This document shows positions 1-10,480 of a DNA stretch of 64,000 nucleotides, piece after piece. How positions within the stretch are numbered: the stretch's first letter is position 1; every line of letters starts with the position of its first letter. The stretch is from Candidatus Poribacteria bacterium. Lineage in GTDB: Bacteria > Poribacteria > WGA-4E > WGA-3G. Where the stretch lies: positions 5,344,001 through 5,408,000 of the forward strand of contig OZ251518.1 in the NCBI GenBank assembly GCA_965242965.1, written 5' to 3'. Below the pieces are notes generated by a model. It saw only the letters and a program-made list of their open reading frames with translations. It made no database searches and was not told the origin of the DNA. A program made the position numbers and the translations under genes.

Positions 1-1
1 T

Positions 2-2320
2 GGCAACTACTACGATGAGATGCGCTTACTGCCGCCCGACGACAGGAAGGCACTCTCTCACGCGAAGATTGTCATCACAAACTACCACGCCTTCCAACGT
101 CGGAAGAATTCGGATGTAAGTGGGCTTGGGAGAAAAATCCTTGGCGAAGGTGTCGCTCAACTTGATGAAACTGACGATGAGATGGTGGCCCGGGTTTGCC
201 GCACGTTCAGTAGGAAACGGCATATCATTGTCCTCAACGATGAGGCGCACCACTGCTATCGTCCGAAACAGGCGGGAAAGAAGCAGGCATCCGAGGAAGA
301 CAGCGCGCGATTGTGGATAAGTGGCTTGGAAGCAGTGCAAGCGAAACTCGGCATCAAAACCGTTTATGATTTGTCGGCGACACCGTTCTTCCTCAGCGGC
401 TCCGGCTATAGTCAAGAGATACCCGCCGGGAAGAAACTCAAGGAAGGCGTTCTGTTTCCATGGGTTGTCTCCGATTTCGCGTTAATCGATGCGATTGAGT
501 GCGGCATCGCCAAAATCCCGCGCGTGCCTGTCGCCGATGATGCGATGACAGGGGAAGCTCCCATCTATCGCAATCTCTGGAACGTCATCGGGAAAAGGCT
601 GCGCAAAAAAGTGGTCGGCGAAAGTCCACGGTTGCCAGCCGAATTGGAAACTGCGCTCAGAAGCCTCTACGAAAACTATGAAGGCGCATATCAGCAGTGG
701 CAGAAAGAGACGCGAGACTTGACACCGCCGGTGATGATTGTCGTTTGTAATAATACGAGCGTTTCCAAGCGCGTCTACGATTGGATTGCCGGTTGGGAGA
801 AGAAAACCAACGATGGGGGCACCGTAGTTGTGCCCGGGAACCTACCCATTTTCAACAACGAAGTCAACGGTGCGTGGGGTGAGAAGTTAAACACGCTTAT
901 CATTGATAGCAAGCAGTTGGAATCCGGCGAGGCACTCAAAAGCGCGTTTAAGAGGGCCGCGAAGACCGAAATTGCGCAGTTCAAACGCAGTCGCAACGAC
1001 GAGAATGTTACCGACGAAGCACTTTTGCGAGAGGTGATGAATACCGTCGGGCAAAAGGGAAAACTCGGTGAGCAGATTAAGTGCGTTGTTTCTGTCTCAA
1101 TGCTCAGCGAAGGGTGGGATGCCAAGCGGGTGACGCATATCCTCGGCGTTCGCGCGTTCAGCACGCAGCTGCTCTGCGAACAGGTAGTCGGTAGGGGTTT
1201 GCGCCGTTCCAGTTACCACACCGAATTAACGAAATGCAACATCAACGGCGAAGAAATTCAGTTGGAAACGTTTCCACCGGAATACGCCGAGGTTTACGGT
1301 GTGCCGTTCTCGTTTATTCCTGCGACAGGCATTGGCCGCGCGCCAAAGCCGCGGGCGATTACCTTTGTCGAGGCATTGGCGGAACGCGCAGCGTGTGAAA
1401 TCACGTTCCCGAATGTGATTGGGTATCGCCGCCACGTGCCGCCTGAAAAACTGCAGGCGGTTTTCACGGAAGAGTCGCAGTATCAACTCTCAACGGCGGA
1501 GGTGCCCAGCCGTGTCGATATTGCAGACATCACCGGCAAAATCGTTGAAGATGAATTGTCATACGCAACGAATCATCGCGTGCAGCAAACCGAATTCTGC
1601 ATCGCAAAGGTGCTGCTAGAGAATCACTTTTGTGACGATGATGGCGATGTGCGGCACTGGCTTTTCCCGCAGTTGCTCGGTATAACGCGGCGGTGGATGA
1701 GCGAGTGTGTCACGTATAAAGACAACACTTATCCGCAGTTTTTCTTGATTGACGAAATCGCGCACAAGGCGGCACATCGCATTCATCATGCTATCCTCCA
1801 TGCCGAACATCTCCACAATGCTGGAGTGTCAGAGCATCCGCAGACGTTGCTTCCGATACTGGGCGCGCCGCTCGGCTCCACGCGAAACGTCGCGTTTGAG
1901 ACGGCCAAACCGGTGTGGAGCACGCGCCCAGATAAGTGCCACATCTCGCATGTCGCCGCGGACACGGAGTCGTGGGAGCAAAAAGCGGCTGAGGCATTAG
2001 AGCAGATGGACGAAGTGCGCGCCTATGTCAAAAATCATCACTTAGGCTTCACAATTCCGTATCTCACCCACACCTTGGAGAAGCGGCATTATGTCCCGGA
2101 CTTCATCGTCCGCATCCAAGATGGAGACGAAGTTGTCAACCTCATCCTTGAAGTTTCAGGAATTGAACGTGAAGATAAGCGTCAAAAGGTGGATACCACC
2201 AAAAACTTGTGGGTGCCAGCGGTGAACAACCACGGTGAATTCGGGAAGTGGGCGTTTCTGGAAATTCAAGATCCGTGGAATATCCAGAACGACATCCGCG
2301 CCTTTAGGCTATCTGCTTAA
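2..2320 (+). CDS. Type III-like restriction endonuclease/SF2 helicase (Res-type), 5'-truncated by the window edge
   Basis: Frame is open from base 2. Motifs LNDEAHHCY (Walker B), LSATPF, MLSEGWDA, EQVVGRGLRR, and C-terminal YVPDFIV...LEVSG PD-(D/E)XK-like nuclease. Confidence 0.85.
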   Translation, partial: GNYYDEMRLLPPDDRKALSHAKIVITNYHAFQRRKNSDVSGLGRKILGEGVAQLDETDDEMVARVCRTFSRKRHIIVLNDEAHHCYRPKQAGKKQASEEDSARLWISGLEAVQAKLGIKTVYDLSATPFFLSGSGYSQEIPAGKKLKEGVLFPWVVSDFALIDAIECGIAKIPRVPVADDAMTGEAPIYRNLWNVIGKRLRKKVVGESPRLPAELETALRSLYENYEGAYQQWQKETRDLTPPVMIVVCNNTSVSKRVYDWIAGWEKKTNDGGTVVVPGNLPIFNNEVNGAWGEKLNTLIIDSKQLESGEALKSAFKRAAKTEIAQFKRSRNDENVTDEALLREVMNTVGQKGKLGEQIKCVVSVSMLSEGWDAKRVTHILGVRAFSTQLLCEQVVGRGLRRSSYHTELTKCNINGEEIQLETFPPEYAEVYGVPFSFIPATGIGRAPKPRAITFVEALAERAACEITFPNVIGYRRHVPPEKLQAVFTEESQYQLSTAEVPSRVDIADITGKIVEDELSYATNHRVQQTEFCIAKVLLENHFCDDDGDVRHWLFPQLLGITRRWMSECVTYKDNTYPQFFLIDEIAHKAAHRIHHAILHAEHLHNAGVSEHPQTLLPILGAPLGSTRNVAFETAKPVWSTRPDKCHISHVAADTESWEQKAAEALEQMDEVRAYVKNHHLGFTIPYLTHTLEKRHYVPDFIVRIQDGDEVVNLILEVSGIEREDKRQKVDTTKNLWVPAVNNHGEFGKWAFLEIQDPWNIQNDIRAFRLSA

Positions 2321-2335
2321 AACAACAAACCTTGA

Positions 2336-3796
<1,461 letters not shown>

Positions 3797-3807
3797 GAAC
3801 AACAAAA

Positions 3808-4095
3808 ATGCGCATTTTTCGTTACATTTTATTCGTCGTTGCGCTCGCCTTGCTAGGTGCCAGCATCAAGCAATTCCTGAACGGCTACGGCGACTGGCAA
3901 GCCGCCCAAGCCGCCGAGAAGGCATATCAGGCGGAAATCCGAGAACTAGAGGTGCAGCGCGCCGCGATGAAGCATCGCATTGAGATGCTAAAAACCGACG
4001 ACTTAACCAAGCAGCGACTCGCAAGGAAACGGCTTGGTTACATTAAACCGGGCGAGACGAAATACAAGTTCGTCAGCCCGCGTCAGACCCAATGA
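3808..4095 (+). CDS. Septum formation initiator (FtsB/DivIC family)
   Basis: N-terminal TM, coiled coil, LARKRLGYIKPGE motif; directly downstream of eno. Confidence 0.85.
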   Translation: MRIFRYILFVVALALLGASIKQFLNGYGDWQAAQAAEKAYQAEIRELEVQRAAMKHRIEMLKTDDLTKQRLARKRLGYIKPGETKYKFVSPRQTQ

Positions 4096-4105
4096 TTTTC
4101 ACGTT

Positions 4106-4440
4106 GCCGGTAGGCGCGCCTTTAAAGCGCGCATACCGAATTCATTGAGGATATTTCATATCTCGATGGTATCCCGGTAGGAGAGACTTCCCGGTCTTGA
4201 CAAACACCGGTAGGAGAGACCTCCCGGTCTCGATGCAATATCGTAGGGGAGCCCTCCTGGTTTTGATGCCCACCGTATCGGGACAAGGATGTCCCTCCTA
4301 CCGTAAGGCATCGGACCCGCCTCTGTGGTTCGGGAGCTCCCGCTCCCGAACGGGTCAGGATCAGGCGATCCTGCCCTACAAGGGTGATGCGGTCTGACAG
4401 CCAAACGCATGGCGAGGGACAGGCCCTCGCCCTACGTAAA
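4106..4440. repeat. Cluster of GTAG-headed REP-like hairpins with a TIR-like end at 4147
   Basis: GTAGGCGCG..CGCGC, 2x GTAGGAGAGAC(C/T)TCCCGGTCT, GGGACAAGGATGTCCCTCCTAC, GGCGAGGGACAGGCCCTCGCCCTAC; GAGGATATTTCATAT at 4147. Confidence 0.85.
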
Positions 4441-4472
4441 GGGGATTTGATTATTCACAAAAAAGGAGTTTC

Positions 4473-5582
4473 ATGCTACATCAATTTATTTTCAACGCGC
4501 CTATCCGAAAATGCACGCTAACCAGCGGACTTTTGGCGGCGTTCATCCTTATGACAACTACCCTGTTTTCAGGGTGTGAGAGGGTGCAACAGGTTGTTAC
4601 CCCGCCAGAGAGTGTCTCCACAGAAGACGCGGTGAGTTCCTGCACCGATGGCACGCGCGTCCTCAACGTCGGCTTCTATGCGTTCTTCGCCCCAGTAAGT
4701 TACAGTGCCAACGAAGACCCGGGCTCCCCCGAATTCAACACGCATCAGGGGTATGAGGCAGACCTGCTCACGGCTCTTGAGGCGATGGAAGGTGCCGGGC
4801 TCTCATTTAAACGGACAGCTATCCCGGCTTGGGACGGCATCTGGCTCAAATCAACTGAACCAGAGTTTGATATGATCGGCGGTGGCATTACGATTCTTGA
4901 CTCTCGGACGCGCGATGCCGATGGCACGCCGCGCGTCACCTTTACCTCTGGACATATCAACTTCCAGCAGTCACTTCTGGTGCGCGCCGAGGATGCAGAA
5001 CGCCTCGCAACGCATGCAGACTTAACCAGCGATGTCCAAGTCGGAGCTCTTCCGGGGACGACTGGCGAAAACCGCCTGCTCCAATTGACAACTCTCACGG
5101 ATGCCGATGGGATTCTCGCCGCGGGGACGCGGGTTGATACACCGCAAGGCACTGTCGTCGCCGATGGCACGGATGCTTACGTCATCCAAGCTTCCGGTGC
5201 GACACTGAATCTGGAGGGACGCACGCATCTCTATCCACCTTCCGAGAACATGCCGCAGGTCGTCTATCTTGGAAGCGAATTGGGGGAATCCGAGTTGCTG
5301 GCGGCACTCAATGCGAGTGAGATAGACGCGGTCGCGCGTGGCGGCATTGGAAACGGCGAGGTTGCGGCGGCTTCCGGTGGCGCGCTTGTCGTTACCGCAT
5401 TTGATGAACAGGTGGAATACGGCGGTTTCACCTTCGCATTAGAAGACGCTGAACTCGCCGCCTGTATTGATGAGAAGATCAACTTCCTCACCAATAACCG
5501 GGCAATTGGACACGCGGAATGGCTGGCGGACCCGGCCGTTTTCATGAAGCGCGCTGAAATGTGGAGCGCAGAGATGCAGTAG
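4473..5582 (+). CDS. Amino-acid/polar-solute ABC transporter substrate-binding lipoprotein (SBP family 3-like)
   Basis: AAGGAG SD, lipobox LFSGC, GYEADLL..WDGI..FDMIGGGITI pattern. Confidence 0.7.
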   Translation: MLHQFIFNAPIRKCTLTSGLLAAFILMTTTLFSGCERVQQVVTPPESVSTEDAVSSCTDGTRVLNVGFYAFFAPVSYSANEDPGSPEFNTHQGYEADLLTALEAMEGAGLSFKRTAIPAWDGIWLKSTEPEFDMIGGGITILDSRTRDADGTPRVTFTSGHINFQQSLLVRAEDAERLATHADLTSDVQVGALPGTTGENRLLQLTTLTDADGILAAGTRVDTPQGTVVADGTDAYVIQASGATLNLEGRTHLYPPSENMPQVVYLGSELGESELLAALNASEIDAVARGGIGNGEVAAASGGALVVTAFDEQVEYGGFTFALEDAELAACIDEKINFLTNNRAIGHAEWLADPAVFMKRAEMWSAEMQ

Positions 5583-5614
5583 AGGCACTCTGTTTTCTGG
5601 CAGGCGAGGGAAAC

Positions 5615-8600
5615 CTATCCCTCGCCTGAGCGCAACGCAATCCCGGCTCTCTCAAACATCACTTCCAAATACGACTTCCACTCAGAAAACGGACTGGTAG
5701 AACCGTCTTCCATCTTTTCGTGCCAATTCAACCGGAGGATGTGATAATCCACCATATTCTCGGCAATCCACTCTTCTGGTTGTTCGTTTCCGAGTTTTGA
5801 ACTGTCTCGGAGAAGAATGAACGAATTGAGATGGAACGTTCGGCCCTGGGCTGCTTCTAACTGTTTCTCAAGCATCACCAGCGTCTTGTCCTCCGATTTG
5901 CGCGCCAGTCTCACCTTCGGATGATAATGGAGCGTTGTATCGTCAAGGAGGTCGCGCTGTCCCTTCGGATCGATGAAGAGGATATGTGTTACCTCCTGCG
6001 CGGTATCGATTGCCCACAGCACAAAATCCGGAAAATAGCAACCCTCGTCGCTCTCTAAATAGATGCCTATCTTGCCCACGTTTCGCATCAGATAGAATTC
6101 GTATCGTTTGTTGCGAGCGTGTCGCCGAAGATACGCCATCAAGTCTTCGACGAATTTCTTCTCGCCATTATTCAGCCGGTCTGGGGAAATTTTGACATCG
6201 TTGTTTCGGGACAGGGATGTCCCTCCTACCGGAACCGCGTTGAGTCGAGACAGGGATGTCCCTCCTACCGGAACCGCGTTGTTTCGGGACAGGGATGTCC
6301 CTCCTACCCGGACCGCCGGATCCAACAGCAGCGGCTCGTAGATGTGCCGATGATGCGAATCTAACAACAGCCTCAGCGGTTTCCAGGTCTGCGCCTCCAG
6401 GTTAGCCTGCATCTCCCTTTCGGCGAGGAATGCCTCGTATGCCTCGCGCGTCTGGAACTCCTTCGTCACCGTGTATTCGTAGATAAAATCCTTGCGCGCC
6501 AACGGTTCGTAGACGTAGTTCGCACTATTGATGTGCGCGTTGATGCGGTTCCGCAATTTACGGATGACATCAATGACTATGCGGCGATTAATCCGGTCTG
6601 TCCATGCAACCGGGTCTTCGGCAGGTTTCTGATAGCGGATTTCTGTCACTAACGCCAGAAAATCGTCTATCGTCGGCATCCGCTTGTCGGCATAGATTTG
6701 CAACTGATTCTTCTGTGCTTCGCGATGAATCACAGCGGCGAGCCCCGCACGATTCAGGTAACGGTGATACTTGTCATTGGCTTGCCGCAAATCTTCACGG
6801 ACATTCGGCGCGGGCACTGTTTTATCCGTTCGGTAATCTAATGTCTGCACGCGCCAACCTGTGATGATGCCGCTCTTCTCGGTGCCGTTATCAAGGTAGG
6901 TATACCGAATGTTTCGGTTCCTGATAAAGACGCGCTTGATGCCGCTCATCGCGCCCCCTGACGACTTGAAGATGGACAATTTGTGCCGATAATCTTCAAA
7001 GTCAATGGAGGTATTTGCATCGACTCGAAAGAAGGTAGATGTTACCGGAACCTTGAAGGTATGCATCAGCGGCACCCCTCCTGCATGCACTTCCGCGATG
7101 AATTTCTCAAGGTAACTGCGGCGTAAACTGAAAACGGTTAACGTTTCTAATCGGCGAATGTCGTCTTCCCTATCTTTTGGACGGAGGAGATAATAGTCGG
7201 GGTTGTGGGTGAGATAACGCCGTTTGCCATCGCCGCCTTTTCCGCGGAGCCGCACGCCGCGCCCGAAGATCTGGATAATCAGGTTGCCCCGAGAACTTCC
7301 CAGATTAATCAGATCGATGACAGAAAGGCGATAAGAATTCCATCCTTCGGCAAACTTGCGACTTCCGAGCAGCACATTGATAGGACTGGCTTCGTCGTCA
7401 AGGTTTTCAAAACGGAGGCGTGGGTTTGTAATCGCTTCGGTGCGCGTTTCAATGCGGGGGTTTTCAATGCTGTTGTAAAACCGCAATCCATCGCCGACGT
7501 TAATCATGCCCCACTTCTCGCCTTCGCCGTAGGAAAGGAGCAGTTCGTTATTGTTTTCGGGGTTGCGCGCGACAACGAGCGGGCCGATGATGCCATCGCC
7601 GAAAACCGAACGGAATCGTTTGCGTTCCTCGTCACGCAATGCCGCGAGAAAATCCAATACCTTCTGGATGTCCGACACCTCGTCGTTTTTCCCTTCCTGT
7701 GCCGGATTCTCTACAGTATGCCCCATAAACGCCATCAACGGACGGTGATACGTCAGATCGATGTCGGTTTCTTCACTTTTGCGGAGATTTTTGAAGGTTT
7801 GCAGCTTCTCTTCCATCACGTGAAAACATTCGTTCAGGTTATCCCAAATTTCTGTGTCGGCATCCGCGACCTGGTCTGCGGCGATGGGTTTGAAATAGTG
7901 GTCCTTCCCGTATCCGTCGCCGTAGAATCGCGCGTAGTCGTAGCGGTAGATGATGGCGTTATCATATTCCTCTTTCAGTTCCTTCGCGACGTTGTGGAAG
8001 GTGGCGGAGTATTCAAAGAGGAAGGAGGTGCCGACGTTGAGCCGACTTCGCAGTTTTCGGAACTCGCCGGATTGCTGACTGCTCAACCCGATGTGTGCTT
8101 CGTCCACCAAAATTAACCGGCGCACGCGCTCGTCTTCCGAGAGGCGGAAGTAATCGTCCGGTTTCTGGAGGAGAGCCTGCGTCGTGTCAATTGTCAACTC
8201 CAACCGATTGTTGTAAACCTCGTTGAGTTTGCGCACGTAAGGTTCTAACTCGCGCCGATGCTGTTGAATGAGGCCGGCGAGCGGCGTTGTTAAAAAGAGT
8301 TGGATGCGAAAGTCATCTTTTTCACAGAAATGGTGAAGGAATTGGAGGATGTTGAGGTGCATGACGAGGGTTTTCCCACTGCCGGTAGCCATCCAATACG
8401 CGAGCAGATTTTTGCCGTTCGGCGCGCCGGGTGCTGCCGCCGCTTCCGACAAAAAACATTCGGTGCAAAGCAACGCCAATATCTGGTAATATCGGAGTTT
8501 GAAGTTCTGCCCCGTTACGTCATTGTATTGTTCAAGGAATTCCTGAATTTTATCTAACGGTTCGATGGGCAGGCTTAATTCCCTGTCGTATCCCTCGATT

Positions 8601-8674
8601 GCGTTTTTTATAGTGTCGTCCGAGGTGTCCATTCCGTTCAGGATTTTCTGTTCGTAGGTTTGGTAGAGTGTCAT
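5615..8674 (-). CDS. Type III restriction enzyme Res subunit (DEAH helicase + nuclease)
   Basis: WMATGSGKT, LVDEAH, EYSATF, KFAEGWNS, QIFGRGVRL, YFPDFVLW...FIDPKG. Confidence 0.9.
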   Translation of the reverse strand: MTLYQTYEQKILNGMDTSDDTIKNAIEGYDRELSLPIEPLDKIQEFLEQYNDVTGQNFKLRYYQILALLCTECFLSEAAAAPGAPNGKNLLAYWMATGSGKTLVMHLNILQFLHHFCEKDDFRIQLFLTTPLAGLIQQHRRELEPYVRKLNEVYNNRLELTIDTTQALLQKPDDYFRLSEDERVRRLILVDEAHIGLSSQQSGEFRKLRSRLNVGTSFLFEYSATFHNVAKELKEEYDNAIIYRYDYARFYGDGYGKDHYFKPIAADQVADADTEIWDNLNECFHVMEEKLQTFKNLRKSEETDIDLTYHRPLMAFMGHTVENPAQEGKNDEVSDIQKVLDFLAALRDEERKRFRSVFGDGIIGPLVVARNPENNNELLLSYGEGEKWGMINVGDGLRFYNSIENPRIETRTEAITNPRLRFENLDDEASPINVLLGSRKFAEGWNSYRLSVIDLINLGSSRGNLIIQIFGRGVRLRGKGGDGKRRYLTHNPDYYLLRPKDREDDIRRLETLTVFSLRRSYLEKFIAEVHAGGVPLMHTFKVPVTSTFFRVDANTSIDFEDYRHKLSIFKSSGGAMSGIKRVFIRNRNIRYTYLDNGTEKSGIITGWRVQTLDYRTDKTVPAPNVREDLRQANDKYHRYLNRAGLAAVIHREAQKNQLQIYADKRMPTIDDFLALVTEIRYQKPAEDPVAWTDRINRRIVIDVIRKLRNRINAHINSANYVYEPLARKDFIYEYTVTKEFQTREAYEAFLAEREMQANLEAQTWKPLRLLLDSHHRHIYEPLLLDPAVRVGGTSLSRNNAVPVGGTSLSRLNAVPVGGTSLSRNNDVKISPDRLNNGEKKFVEDLMAYLRRHARNKRYEFYLMRNVGKIGIYLESDEGCYFPDFVLWAIDTAQEVTHILFIDPKGQRDLLDDTTLHYHPKVRLARKSEDKTLVMLEKQLEAAQGRTFHLNSFILLRDSSKLGNEQPEEWIAENMVDYHILRLNWHEKMEDGSTSPFSEWKSYLEVMFERAGIALRSGEG
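6199..6315 (-). repeat. 3 x 39-bp REP-derived tandem repeat in frame inside res
   Basis: Unit CGTTGTTTCGGGACAGGGATGTCCCTCCTACCGGAACCG encodes AVPVGGTSLSRNN; the same hairpin family is intergenic at ~4280, 32836 and 33158. Confidence 0.92.
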
Positions 8675-8715
8675 CGGTTTGTCCTCGGCTGGCTGTGGCC
8701 CGCGCTAGCGTAAGT

Positions 8716-9119
8716 CCTCGTAGGAGAGACCTCCCGGTCTCGATGCAATAGGGTGTCGCGCCTACCGGGGCCGCGGCGGCAGAAAAGCCCGCTTGAAAAA
8801 ACGTTTCTTAGGTCCGTAGGACCTTAATGTCTATAGCCCGCGCGCCCGCGAAGAGCTCTAAGGGCCTTTAGGTCCTTAATAGTTTTTACCATGGCCGCGC
8901 GTGTTTTTATTAAGGACCTAAAGGACTTTGACAACGGCACGACACGTTTTTCTATAGACATATAGGACCTAAAGGACCTAAAACGCCACTCTTGACGATG
9001 GAGATCACAGGGGACAGGCCTCCGCACTACGGGAAGAATCGAGACTAGGAGGTCTCTCCTACCGGAAATCGAGCCCCGAGGTCTCTCCTACCGAACACAT
9101 CGAAATATGAAACACCCTC
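8716..9119. mobile_element. Composite MITE-like repeat element (homologous to 51021-51625)
   Basis: Shares GTAGGAGAGACCTCCCGGTCTCGATGCAATAGGG...GCGGCGGCAGAAA, the AGGACCTA inverted-repeat module and the right end ATGAAACACCCTC with the 51 kb element. Confidence 0.75.
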
Positions 9120-9135
9120 AGTAAAGCTGCGGCAT

Positions 9136-9310
9136 GTTGAGGGACAGGCCCTCAACCTACGATTCAATGCGGCAATTTATTCATTGCGTGGTTGAGGGAC
9201 AGGCCCTCAACCTACGATTCGATGCGGCAATGTAAACATGTTAAGCGTGAGTCGTCGTAAAGTTGCGGCATGTTGAGGGACAGGCCCTCAACCTACGATT
9301 TGATGCGGCA
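9136..9310 (-). repeat. Three copies of a GTAG-GTTGAGGGCCTGTCCCTCAAC hairpin repeat
   Basis: GTTGAGGGACAGGCCCTCAACCTACGATT at 9136, 9191, 9272. Confidence 0.9.
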
Positions 9311-9330
9311 GTTCATTCATGGCTCGTCAA

Positions 9331-9561
9331 TTATTCTTCCTGCGATGCGGCCTTTTCTGCCGCCTCCCTTGCTTCGCGTGCCGCGTAGATGCGCTTCATA
9401 ATGGTATCAATATCGGGCATGGGCTGCTGATGCCGTTCTTCGGTATAGTTGCCCTTGCCGTCTTTGTACTGGAAAATCCGATCCAAATGCTCGCGAAAAC
9501 TCTCCTTTTCCGGAGTTTCCCGTTGTGCCATCTTTCCTTCTCGGAGTTGGTTTTGGTCCAT
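9331..9561 (-). CDS. Stand-alone small putative antitoxin (duplicate of the PIN protein C-terminal module)
   Basis: AGGAG SD 9 nt before ATG 9561; MDQNQ...DGKGNYTEERHQQPMPDIDTIMK...EKAASQEE is paralogous to 9686-9910. Confidence 0.65.
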   Translation of the reverse strand: MDQNQLREGKMAQRETPEKESFREHLDRIFQYKDGKGNYTEERHQQPMPDIDTIMKRIYAAREAREAAEKAASQEE

Positions 9562-9685
9562 TGCGATAATCTCCTGTATCCACGTATGTGGGTTTGCGAC
9601 CTGGACGCGAAGCAAGGAGCAGGCTGGTTGCCGGTGGAGACAGAAGGCTGCGTCTCCTGCAGCCAGCCTGCTCATCGCGATGCGG

Positions 9686-10375
9686 CTATTCTTCCTGCGA
9701 TGCGGCCTTTTCTGCCGCCTCTTTCGCTTCGCGTTCAGCGTAGATCTCCTTCATAATGGTATCAATATCGGGCATGGGCTGCTGCCTCCGTTCTTCGGTG
9801 TAGTCGCCCTTGCCGTCTTTGAAAGCGAAGATTCTATCCAATCGGGCGCGAAATGCGGTTTTTCGCCGTTGGCGTTCCTGTTCGTCTTCTTGGAGTTGAT
9901 TTGGGTCCATTGTGGTAATCCCCTGTAGCCACGTGTGTGGGTTTTCGACCTGGAGGTGCAGCCGCGTCCTCTGCCGTTTCGCGGCGTTAAGCACCTGGTC
10001 ATCGGTTGTTAAAAATACGTCTGCCTCGCCGCTTTCTGCACAGGCAAGGTGCAAGGCATCGTAAGGCTTAAATCCGAACGTTTCCAAATATTTTCCTCTA
10101 GAATTCTCTACAGCACCGCCCGAGACAACCTGATGCGCGTCTTGGAGAATGTCCAAAACATCGTTACGTCGCGTTAAGTCACGAATTTTCTTAACTTCAT
10201 TCACCAAAACGTTGCTGGCGATCCATAGCCAATAGTCGGTCTGAAAATTCTCAAGGATTATCCTGATAGCTTCCGTTTCTTGACGCACCCGCAACTGCAC
10301 CTGTGCATCAAAAAGCCGGCACAAGCAACAAGTGTCAAGGTAGATTTTCAAAATCTGCAAAGAAGTTTGCATCAT
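9686..10375 (-). CDS. PIN (VapC-like) toxin with in-frame C-terminal antitoxin-like module
   Basis: KIYLDTCCLCRLFD, KPYDALHLACAE, VFLTTDD, ENPHTW, followed by a GKGDYTEERRQ tail. Confidence 0.85.
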   Translation of the reverse strand: MMQTSLQILKIYLDTCCLCRLFDAQVQLRVRQETEAIRIILENFQTDYWLWIASNVLVNEVKKIRDLTRRNDVLDILQDAHQVVSGGAVENSRGKYLETFGFKPYDALHLACAESGEADVFLTTDDQVLNAAKRQRTRLHLQVENPHTWLQGITTMDPNQLQEDEQERQRRKTAFRARLDRIFAFKDGKGDYTEERRQQPMPDIDTIMKEIYAEREAKEAAEKAASQEE

Positions 10376-10430
10376 TTCTCCACGATAAACAGACATTTTT
10401 CGGTGAGTTGGCTGAGTGCCAACCCGACAT

Positions 10431-10466
10431 CAATAATTATATCACATTTCTGGACAAATTGCCAAC
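10431..10466 (-). promoter_or_regulatory. Sigma70-type promoter for the PIN module
   Basis: Minus strand TTGGCA-N18-TATAAT with extended TG (…AATGTGATATAAT). Confidence 0.55.
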
Positions 10467-10480
10467 CGAAAAAATCTCGC

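Noticed and set aside
9136-9310. Possible mini CRISPR array (3 palindromic repeats)
   Set aside because: Spacing is unequal (55 and 81 bp), spacers are partly similar, the repeat belongs to the GTAG REP family, and there are no cas genes.
9331-9960. Possible DGR template/variable repeat pair
   Set aside because: Differences are not adenine-restricted and include indels; no reverse transcriptase is present in the window.
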